Shown one piece after another: positions 32,376 through 41,223 of a stretch of DNA of 64,000 nucleotides (the first letter of the stretch is position 1; each line of letters starts with the position of its first letter). Both the position numbers and the translations under genes were made by a program. The DNA is from Verrucomicrobiales bacterium (GTDB lineage: Bacteria > Verrucomicrobiota > Verrucomicrobiia > Verrucomicrobiales > SLCJ01). The DNA lies in contig JBJTQJ010000108.1 of NCBI GenBank assembly GCA_046075565.1, positions 64,001 to 128,000 on the forward strand, written 5' to 3'. The notes beneath the pieces are model-generated. The model saw only the letters and a list, made by a program, of their open reading frames with translations. It did not search any database and was not told where the DNA came from.

Positions 32376-32438
32376 AAAATCTTGGACTTTTCCACCCCGC
32401 TCTGTAACAATCCGCCGGAAATGCTGCTCCCCCAAGGT

Positions 32439-34271
32439 ATGCGAACCAAACTTCTCACCATCGCGGCCACCTTCCTCATGGTCGGGGCTTCCCCCGGCCA
32501 AGTGACGCGTGCGTATCCGGTGGTGGCGTTGCAGGGAGCGGCGACACCGAGCATTTCCCCCACGGCAACTTACGGAGGTCTTGGTGGCGAACCCCGCATT
32601 GGTCAGGGAGGGCATGTGGTTTTCGGTGGGTTCGTCGGGAACAACGGCTCTAACGACTATGCCATCTGGACCGGGCAGCCCGGTGCCATTGCGAAGTTGG
32701 CCGTGAGGAATGACCCGGCACCCGGCCGAATTGGCGGCTTACTGGATGTATTCTATAAAAACACCTCTGCTCCATACTGGGTCTGCCCGGATGGGACGGT
32801 TGCGTTCGAATCGCGGGTTTCGACAGTCAATGATGACGGCATTTGGATGGGCACGCCGGGAAATCTTCAGGAAGTGGCGATCGTCAATAATCCGGTGCCA
32901 GGAATAGCCGGCGCAACATTCAAAGGCTTCCCGGGAATTGTTTTCCAGGCAAACGGCCAGGGTCATCTCGCCCTGCGCGCCTACATGCAAGGCACAGGAA
33001 TCACGACCAACAATGATAGCGGTGTCTGGATCGGCAAAGTAGGTGATATGGCACTCATCGCTCGCGAAGGAACTCAGGCGGCCAACCTCGGGCCGACTGT
33101 TGTGTTCAATGACCTCAACAACATCTCTTTCTCCCTCAATGCCCATGGACAGCTCTGTTTGATTGCCGGGGTATCGACCCGCAGTCTCACCCAAAACACA
33201 TCCCTGTTTCTTGGGGACAGAAACGGCTTGACCAGAATCCTGGAGCAAGGGAATCCTATCGTCGGCTTTTCCCCTCTCTCTTGGAATACTTTCGGAAAGC
33301 CGCGCCTTAACAATCACGGCACCGTGCTTTTAGAGACAACCCCAACAACAGGCGGACAGAGGTCCTTCTTCACGCGCAAAAGCAACGGAACCGTAACCCG
33401 GCTCGCCGAGGAGACTGCCGAACCGCCCGGCTCGGCCGGCCAAAGCTGGGCAGGTTTCTTTTTCTCCAATCCGGCCTTGGGCGGGAACGATTTTGCTGTC
33501 TTGGGAACCGGCTTGAATCCGGGATGGACGAATTCCGCCAAAGATGGGATATGGATCGCCTCCGGGAATGTGACCCGCTTGGTTTCGCGCAAAGGGGATG
33601 TCGCTCAAGGGCTGGCAGGACAAACATTCAACGACTATGCTCCGGGACTTCAAGGCCCCGCTGTTAACTCATCTGGCACCGTGGTTTTCCAGGCCACGAC
33701 GAACACCGGTGTCAATGGCATCTGGTTCTGGCGCAATGAAGACCTACGTTTGCTGTTGGCTCCGGGGGATTTTATTAAAATCAGTCCCGGAGACACGCGG
33801 GAAGTGACTTCCTTTTCTGTCAAACTCGGCAGTGGCGGTCAAAGTGGGGTTCCCTCGGGTTTGAATGATCGTGGCCAACTCGTAGTGAAAGTCGGCTTCA
33901 AATTCGGCACCACCGCCATCATCTTGATCAACAATATCTTGGATCAGGATGGCGATGGACTCGACTCCTTGCTTGAAGAGGCCTTCGGAGGGAGTCCTAA
34001 CAACCCCTCCGATGCAGTATCCCAGCAAAGCCGGCTACAGCGGACAGGAACGACCCTGAAGTTGCTATTCCCCCGCCGCACGGATGGAAGTTTCCAATAT
34101 GTCGTGGAAACCTCGGAGGTCTTGGGTGGATGGTCTGACCTCACGGCGACGCCCGTTCTTTCTGCCGACCAATCCGGTCTGCTTCCGGGAACCGAACGGG
34201 TGGAGGTTCCGATTCCTTCCGGAGAGGATCGATTGTTCACTCGCGTTCGGGCGATGAAGGTTTCGCCGTGA
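32439..34271 (+). CDS. Secreted choice-of-anchor tandem-repeat (NxxGxxAF) protein with a DxDGDG motif and C-terminal domain
   Basis: Signal peptide; repeats NGQGHLAL, NAHGQLCL, NNHGTVLL, NSSGTVVF, NDRGQLVV with GIW motifs; DQDGDG...YVVETS...W...RLFTRV. Confidence 0.85.
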   Translation: MRTKLLTIAATFLMVGASPGQVTRAYPVVALQGAATPSISPTATYGGLGGEPRIGQGGHVVFGGFVGNNGSNDYAIWTGQPGAIAKLAVRNDPAPGRIGGLLDVFYKNTSAPYWVCPDGTVAFESRVSTVNDDGIWMGTPGNLQEVAIVNNPVPGIAGATFKGFPGIVFQANGQGHLALRAYMQGTGITTNNDSGVWIGKVGDMALIAREGTQAANLGPTVVFNDLNNISFSLNAHGQLCLIAGVSTRSLTQNTSLFLGDRNGLTRILEQGNPIVGFSPLSWNTFGKPRLNNHGTVLLETTPTTGGQRSFFTRKSNGTVTRLAEETAEPPGSAGQSWAGFFFSNPALGGNDFAVLGTGLNPGWTNSAKDGIWIASGNVTRLVSRKGDVAQGLAGQTFNDYAPGLQGPAVNSSGTVVFQATTNTGVNGIWFWRNEDLRLLLAPGDFIKISPGDTREVTSFSVKLGSGGQSGVPSGLNDRGQLVVKVGFKFGTTAIILINNILDQDGDGLDSLLEEAFGGSPNNPSDAVSQQSRLQRTGTTLKLLFPRRTDGSFQYVVETSEVLGGWSDLTATPVLSADQSGLLPGTERVEVPIPSGEDRLFTRVRAMKVSP

Positions 34272-34302
34272 AGGAATGGTGTGAGAGCCACACCCCGGAA
34301 GT

Positions 34303-34374
34303 GTAGCAAGACCGTCCCGGTCTTGCCGGTTCCTGTCCGAGGCTTGCCGGGCAAGAGCGAGACGCTCTTGCTAC
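34303..34374. repeat. Inverted pair of GTAG-type REPs (BIME/REPIN-like)
   Basis: GTAGCAAGACCGTCCCGGTCTTGCC at 34303-34327 and GGCAAGAGCGAGACGCTCTTGCTAC at 34350-34374, between convergent genes. Confidence 0.85.
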
Positions 34375-34416
34375 GTCGAACATGGGACGTCGAGGTGGAA
34401 ATCCACAGCGGGCCCC

Positions 34417-35172
34417 TCACCCCGCGAACGCCGCATAAAGGGCGCGCAACTCGTCCTCGAGTTGGTGGGGCTCGCTGAGAGTTCCTGCAATTTCCGCCCT
34501 CAGGTATTCCCGGTATTGTTTCCGCAACCGGTGCACGGCGACGCGGACCGCGCCCTCGCTCATTCCCAACTCCGACGCCACCGATGGGTAGTCCATCTCT
34601 TGCCTGGCCACGGTGAGAAAGGGTTTTAAGGCGGCGAAAGCAGGATTGCCGGAATTCGTTCCTTCCAACTTTTCGAGCACCCGTTCCAACAAGGTAATTG
34701 CCCAGACCCGATCATAAAGTTTATCGGGGCTCAAATGATGTGCGGGCTCGGCGCCATACCTTCGCTCGGCGGTGTCGTCGGCCAAAGGCAGGATCGTGAC
34801 ACCGCCGCCGCGCTTTAGCTGTTGTGATTTATCCTATTCGTTGGCCAGGAAATTCTTCAAAGCCGCGAGCAAGAAGGAACGGAAACGACCGTGTTCCGGA
34901 CTCAATCCATCGAGATTCTTCTTCGCGAATAGCCGCGCCAGAAAGGCCTGCGTCAAATCTTCCGCGTCCTCCTTGGAATACCCGCGCCTGCGAACATACA
35001 CATAGAGTGGATACCAGTAGGTCCGGCACAATTCTTCCATCGCCATCTGCGAACCCGCGTCGCTCCCCTCCCCCGCCGCGAAAACCACCGTCCAGCGGGT
35101 GGTCCTGAAGACTCCGGGATTCGGAGCCGTATCCGGAACCATGCCCTCAGGTTGCGTTTCAGCTTCGCTCAT
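34417..35172 (-). pseudogene. Kinase-associated ECF sigma factor interrupted by an in-frame TAG (34834-34836)
   Basis: FRTTRWTVV, YWYPLY, DAEDLTQ, GRFRSFLL, NE*DK..KRGGG, SEGAVRVAVHRLR; both ORF pieces are in the same frame. Confidence 0.85.
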
Positions 35173-35183
35173 GATGCGGCACG

Positions 35184-38110
35184 TCAACGGTTGTTTCCGG
35201 AAGCCCGGCCCTTGATGGCGTTGATGGCATTGGTGGCGGCAACTTTGGAGAAGAAATTCTTGTCCTTCTCCGCCACGACGCCGAGTGCGCGCAGACTCGC
35301 GGGAGTGCCAATCTTGGCGAGAATATCAGCCGCCCGCTGGCGTGTGCCCGGATTATCGCTTGCCAGATAGGGAATGATGGCCGGTTCCGTCGCCGAACCG
35401 ATCTGGATCAATTTGTCTCCCGCCCAATACGTCTTGTGCGCGTCCGACAAGAGCATGGCCAGCGGTTTGGCCGCCCGGACATCTTTAAATTGCACCAACA
35501 GGTCCGTGGCGAAGGCCCGTGTCGGCTCGTCTGTCGATCCCATCAAGCCGAGCAGAAAATCGGCATCGGCTTTGGTCGCGAGCACTTTCATCGTTTCTCT
35601 GGTGGCATCGCGCACTCTATCCTCCGGATTCGTCAAGAGTGGACGCACCGCCCGTGCGACTTCGACGCGTTTTTCAGGTGTCAACTTCGCGGTCGAGAGA
35701 TAGGACAAGGCGGAACGCCGGACGTGGAGATTCTCAACTCCCAGTGCTTTGATTGACTCGCCGAGGATTTCCTCGTCCGTCGCCTTGTAACCACGGAGCA
35801 ACTCGCGGGCGGCCTCGCGGGCATGCTCGTTCTCGTGATGGTAAAGGGGAAGCACCGCCGGTTTGGCAATCTCTCCCAAGGCAGCAAGCGCCGCTTTGGC
35901 ATCACGCGAGATGCGGAATTCGGACAAGCACGCGGCCAGCGGCTCCGCCGCGCGGGCATCTCCCATTCGCGAAAGCATCTGCATACATTGCTTGCCACGG
36001 GAAGAGCCCGGGGCGACGCGCATGATTTCAATCAGATCCAGCGCGTATTCTTTGTCCGCCCAGTTCGCGAAGGCTTGGAAGGCCGAGTCACCGCTTTCCA
36101 TGTCGTTGAGCAAAGGTTTGAGAACTCCGATAACGGCGGCCCGGTGCTCCGGCGTGGCCTTGGCCTCCGTAAGGAAACGAAGCAAGGGTCGTTGGTCGCG
36201 TGGAGCCGTCACGGGCAGCTGCTTGATGGCGATATCCAAGGTGATCAGCGGAGGCGGCACCACTTTGGGGCCGGAGTTAGGTTGCGGGTTCGCCTTGGAG
36301 CTTTCCGCCAACTGCCGGGCGGGCCGCGTCGGGGTGCCACCAGGCGGATTGGAGGTCCTGCTCTCCAACTTGAACTGCTGCTCGGAAAGAAACCGCACAT
36401 TCAAATCCGCATCGAGGATATTCCGCCCCAGCACTTTGTCATTGTGATCACGATGGGGAATGCGATCCCAAACCAGCAGTCTGCCACTGGAGGGAACGAC
36501 AGATGGCGCGTAGATGTAACCCATGGGACCTTGATCGAACGGGCATCGCAAATGGGATTCCTCGAGCAGGCCCTCGGCGACCAGTGTCTCCAGCCTGGGC
36601 GGATTCTTCCCGTTGTTTTTGTTCCGGTATTCCGCGATACCGCTGCTGATCTTGCCGAGGCTTGAAGCGCATTCCATGGTGCCGGTGGCGAACTTCGCGG
36701 CGGTCATCGAAGTATTGAAAAACCAGAGATGGAGCGGTATCGCGAGAAGCGAGATTCCGCCCGCGACCATACCGGCGATTGCCGAACCCTTGCTGGTAGT
36801 TGCTTTGGCCAGGGCAATGAGACCGAGCAGCAGCCCGACGCCGCCGGTAGCCAAACCGAGCACGGACACCAACCCGATCAGGCCCAGAATCAATGACCAG
36901 ATCGCGATGGTGCGCGCCCGCGTTGGTATGGTGGAATCGGAGGCCGAAGCCTGACGGGCCGCAAACGGATTCACCGATTGATATACGGGTTGCGATGGGG
37001 CTGCCTCTGGCACCGGCACGATGAGCGGATGCGAACACTTCGGGCAAGTCGCTTCGGTGCCCGCTTCGCTTTCGTCGACGGAGAGTTTCTGCTCGCAGTT
37101 CGGGCAAGTGAATTTGATTTCCATCTTCTTGGCTCCTTCTTCTGATTGAACAGATGCTCCCGCGGCGATCGTCTCCACCGCTTCCTTGAAATCTTGGATC
37201 CGTTGGAATCGACGTGCCGGGTTTTTCTCAAGCGCGCGCAGCACCACATCGTCCAAGCGAATGTCCACCGAAACCTTGTGGGATGGGGGCACGACGATAC
37301 GATCCGGCAGTTCGCCCGTGAGCATCTGGAAAAGACTACCCCGAGCGAGTAGATATCTGCACGTTGATCGGCATCAACGGGCTCGAGGATCTGCTCGGGT
37401 GCCATGTAATGTGGAGTGCCGATCAGGTGTCCAGCTTCCGTGATGCCGAACGCCGCATCGCTCGAACTGGCGAAATCCATCTCGTCCGAGCCGATCAGTT
37501 TGGCCAATCCGAAATCGGCGACCTTGATCCTGCCATGTCGGTCGATCAGGATGTTTTCCGGTTTGATATCGCGATGCACGATTCCCATTTCGTGGGCATA
37601 CTGGAGCGCATCGCAGGTCATCAGCACGATGGCCATGGCTTCGTCAGCGGAGACAACTCTCTCTTCGAGCAATTGCCTGAGATTCGGACCATCAATGAAC
37701 TCCATGAGCAGGAAATACAAGTCCGCAGCTCGCCCGGTATCGTGAATGATCACGATGCCCGAATGGTTGAGTTTGGCCAAGGCCTTGGCCTCGCGGGAGA
37801 ATCGCTCCGCGAAGCCCGGCACTTCCCCGATGTCAGGCGGAAGGATTTTCAGTGCGACGAGACGGTCAAGTTCCCGTTGGCGCGCCTGGTAAACGGCACC
37901 CATTCCCCCGGCTCCGATGAGCCCGAGGATCTCCAGTTGCGGGAAAACGGCTGCTAGTTCTTCCGGTTGAGGGGGAGTGAAGGACTTCGGAGCGGTCGTA
38001 TTCCCAGCCGCGCCCTGAAGAAGCAAACAGGCGGGGCACAAACCCGCGAGAGCTCCAGCGGAGGTCGCTTGGCCACATTGCGGGCATTTTCGACTCTCGG
38101 GTTGGGTCAT
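35184..38110 (-). pseudogene. Hanks-type Ser/Thr kinase with Zn ribbons, DUF4190-like TM region, pilin-like domain and HEAT repeats; frameshift at 37330-37333
   Basis: GAGGMGAVY, VALK, HRDIKPEN, DFG, GTPHYMAPE, ADIYSLGVVF | QMLTGELP; one T is missing in GTC TTT TC CAG. Confidence 0.85.
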
Positions 38111-38215
38111 TGCGCCAGCGGGGGGATCCATCACATCCCCTAAAAAAGCGGATTTTTCCATTCGTTACAAGAAAGGATAGCTGCTCCCTAGATGTCATTG
38201 CCGCAAGGGGACGAC

Positions 38216-38542
38216 TCACCCGCCTTGCACGGATTGGGCGACCCAGTCAAGGTAGGCGGGTAGACCACCATCGGCGGGGAAGACCAGCAATTCCGGGCAT
38301 TCGTAGGGGTGGAGGGCACGGAGGGCATCGGTCAGACCGGGCAGGGCCGCGCGGGTCGTCTTGATTAGGGCAATGGTTTCAGGTTCGCGGCAAACCTTTG
38401 CTTCCCAGCGGTAGATGGATTCCGCTCCGGGCAGAAGCTGGATGCAAGCAGCGTATTGCCTTTCCACCAGATCCGTGCCAATTTGTCGCGCTACCTCCGG
38501 ACTCGGGAAGGAGGAAATGGCCATTATCACCTCGTCATTCAT
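38216..38542 (-). CDS. cutA: Divalent-cation tolerance protein CutA
   Basis: LVERQYAACIQ, SIYRWE, IKT, LHPYECPE, YLDW. Confidence 0.93.
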   Translation of the reverse strand: MNDEVIMAISSFPSPEVARQIGTDLVERQYAACIQLLPGAESIYRWEAKVCREPETIALIKTTRAALPGLTDALRALHPYECPELLVFPADGGLPAYLDWVAQSVQGG

Positions 38543-38555
38543 GGACCAACCATAG

Positions 38556-39797
38556 ATGAAATCGGGCTTCATTGACAAGCTACTTGAGCGGATCAACCGG
38601 GTTTCCCCGGAGGAAATGCAGGCGCATTTGGCGCGCCTGCTGGAGGAGCGCGGCTTGCTGGAGAATGTTTTCCAAGCCTTGCAGGAGGGGGTCCTGCTGC
38701 TGGATCCGGGAGGCACAATCACCTATCTGAACGCCGCGGCGGCGGGACTTTTCGGCATGGACGAGCAGGAAGCTCCGGGCCAGCCGCTGGGAAAATATAT
38801 CAAAGGATTGGACTGGAAATCGCTGGTCGCCTCCGGTGGGGCGGTGAATCGGGATCTGGAGGTTAGTTACCCGGAAAACCGGTATCTGAATTTCTATCTC
38901 GCGCCTTTCGCACCAATAGAGGAGGATCCGCCGGCCCGGGGGTATGTGATGCTGGTGCGGGACATCACCCGCACGCGGCGCATGACGGAGGAGAAGATCG
39001 AAAGCGAACGTCTGTCTGTGCTCACGATGCTGGCGGCGGGGGTGGCGCACGAGTTGGGAAATCCCCTCAACTCCCTGACCATCCATTTGCAGTTGCTGGA
39101 TCGAAAATTGAAGGCGCGGGACGCCCGCTTGCACCAGGAGCTTTCCCCATTCCTGGAAACCGCCCGCGGCGAACTGGAGCGGCTGGATTTTATCATCGAG
39201 GAATTTTTGCAAGCGGTGCGCCCTTCGCGACCGCGTGTCGAGGCGGCGGACCTCAATGCGCTTTTGCGCGAGGCCGTGCAATTTCTCGCGCTTGAACTGA
39301 AGGAGAAAAACCACGAGATCGCCCTCGAACTCCACTCCCACCTTCCCCCCATGGTGGTGGATCCGGGCCAGATGAAACAAGCCATCTATAATGTTCTTCG
39401 CAACGCCTCGCAAGCGATGGAGTCAGGAGGCAAGATCACGGTGCGCAGCGATTACGACAATCATGGCGTGATCATCACCGTGGCGGACAATGGTCCGGGA
39501 ATCGGCAGCGAGGACATGGCGCGCCTTTTTACTCCCTATTTTACGACCAAGTCGCGCGGTCACGGACTGGGCTTGCTCATCGTGCGGCGCATCCTGCGCG
39601 AACACGGCGGCGACATCCGTATCGAAAGCCGCGAGGGACACGGCACGAGTGTTTGCCTGCATCTACCATTCGCCACTCCACGCGTGCATCTGCTTTCCGC
39701 TCCCGAAGGAGAGCCAAGCCCTCCTGCGAAACCTGCACGCGCGAAACGCAAGCCGCGGCGTCCGTCTCCCGGCGCAGTGATCGACCTCGAACCCTGA
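38556..39797 (+). CDS. Cytoplasmic PAS-domain sensor histidine kinase
   Basis: PAS (YLNAAA...VRDIT), H-box AHELGNPL, N-box NVLRNA, DNGPGI, FTPYFTTK, GLGL; no TM segment. Confidence 0.93.
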   Translation: MKSGFIDKLLERINRVSPEEMQAHLARLLEERGLLENVFQALQEGVLLLDPGGTITYLNAAAAGLFGMDEQEAPGQPLGKYIKGLDWKSLVASGGAVNRDLEVSYPENRYLNFYLAPFAPIEEDPPARGYVMLVRDITRTRRMTEEKIESERLSVLTMLAAGVAHELGNPLNSLTIHLQLLDRKLKARDARLHQELSPFLETARGELERLDFIIEEFLQAVRPSRPRVEAADLNALLREAVQFLALELKEKNHEIALELHSHLPPMVVDPGQMKQAIYNVLRNASQAMESGGKITVRSDYDNHGVIITVADNGPGIGSEDMARLFTPYFTTKSRGHGLGLLIVRRILREHGGDIRIESREGHGTSVCLHLPFATPRVHLLSAPEGEPSPPAKPARAKRKPRRPSPGAVIDLEP

Positions 39798-39810
39798 TAT
39801 TCCCTTTCCC

Positions 39811-41193
39811 ATGCCCGCCTCCATTCTGATCGTTGATGACGAAAAAAACACCCGCGACGGACTGCGTCTATCGCTGGAAGACACGTTCGATGTCTATATC
39901 GCCGGAGACGCCGCGGAGGCGCTGGCGGTTCTGAAATCGGAGCCCATTGATGTGATGCTGACGGATCTGCGACTCGGCATGGATGACGGCATGAAGTTGC
40001 TCGAATCGGCGGCGAAACTGTCCAAGCCGCCCGTCTCCGTGATGATGACCGCCTATGGTTCGGTGGACACGGCGGTCGAGGCGATGAAACGCGGGGCCTA
40101 TGACTTCATCACCAAGCCGCTGAATCTTGATGAACTCGAACTCCTGCTCAAGCGCGCGCTCAAGGAACGGCGGCTGGAGGCAGAGAACACGAGGTTGCAC
40201 GCGCAGGCGCGGGAGCGCGAGGGGTTCCGCAAGTTGTTGGGCCGATCCCCCGCCATCAAATCAGTGCTGGAGATCATCGAGCAGGTCGCTCCCACGAAGG
40301 CGACGGTCCTCGTCGAAGGAGAAAGCGGGACCGGCAAAGAACTGGCGGCCCAGGCGCTACATCATTTGAGCGGACGTCCGGCCAACAAACTGGTCGTCGT
40401 GCACTGCGCCGCCCTCTCACCGCAAATCCTCGAGAGCGAGTTGTTCGGCCATGAAAAGGGAGCATTCACTGGCGCGAGCGAGCGCCGCATCGGGCGATTC
40501 GAGCAGGCGCACGGAGGCACACTTTTCCTTGATGAAATCGGGGAAATTGACCCCACCGTTCAGGTAAAACTCCTGCGCGCGCTCGGCGAAAGGGTCATTG
40601 AACGGGTGGGCGGCAATACCAGCATCCCAATCGACGTGCGTCTGGTCGTCGCTACGAACCGCAACCTAGCCTCCATGGTGGCGGAGGGCAAATTCCGCGA
40701 GGACCTCTACTACCGGCTTAAGGTTGTCGGACTAAAAATGCCGCCGCTGCGGGACCGCCCGGACGACATTTTGCTCCTGGCGCAGGCTTTTCTCACCGAA
40801 TTCGCCCGGGAAAACGGGAAACCGGAGCGTGCTCTTTCCTCGGAGGCCCGGGACGCTCTGCTGCACTACCCTTGGCCGGGGAACGTCCGGGAGCTGCGCA
40901 CGGCCATGGAACACGGGGTCGTGCTGGCGCGGGAGGAGGAAATCACGCCCGCCGACTTGCCACCTGGTCCGGGGGGGAGGAATCTCACTCCGATGGTGGT
41001 TTTGGGACCAGATTCGCCCAATGTTTCGGATTCAGGACTTGCGGAACCGCGTGATTTCAATTTGCATAAGGCGGAAGATCGGCTTATCCGAGCAGCATTG
41101 GCAAAGACCGGCCAAAACCGGACCGAAGCCGCCCGGTTGCTCGGCATCAGCCGGCGAACCCTCCAACGCAAACTCAAAGAACCAACCGACTGA
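39811..41193 (+). CDS. Sigma-54-dependent response regulator (NtrC/AtoC family)
   Basis: Receiver domain, [27 protein letters not shown], Fis-type HTH. Confidence 0.95.
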   Translation: MPASILIVDDEKNTRDGLRLSLEDTFDVYIAGDAAEALAVLKSEPIDVMLTDLRLGMDDGMKLLESAAKLSKPPVSVMMTAYGSVDTAVEAMKRGAYDFITKPLNLDELELLLKRALKERRLEAENTRLHAQAREREGFRKLLGRSPAIKSVLEIIEQVAPTKATVLVEGESGTGKELAAQALHHLSGRPANKLVVVHCAALSPQILESELFGHEKGAFTGASERRIGRFEQAHGGTLFLDEIGEIDPTVQVKLLRALGERVIERVGGNTSIPIDVRLVVATNRNLASMVAEGKFREDLYYRLKVVGLKMPPLRDRPDDILLLAQAFLTEFARENGKPERALSSEARDALLHYPWPGNVRELRTAMEHGVVLAREEEITPADLPPGPGGRNLTPMVVLGPDSPNVSDSGLAEPRDFNLHKAEDRLIRAALAKTGQNRTEAARLLGISRRTLQRKLKEPTD

Positions 41194-41223
41194 CTTTATC
41201 CCAGATTCCCCAGCCCCCGACCC

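Noticed and set aside
34834-34836. Amber recoding or pyrrolysine readthrough
   Set aside because: TAG is the normal stop of dxs (45398-45400) and ygfA (30806-30808), and no pyl genes are in the window. A TGG-to-TAG mutation is simpler.
37325-37340. Programmed frameshift in the kinase gene
   Set aside because: The run is only T4, there is no slippery heptamer, and the break falls inside kinase subdomain IX, so the unshifted product would be non-functional.
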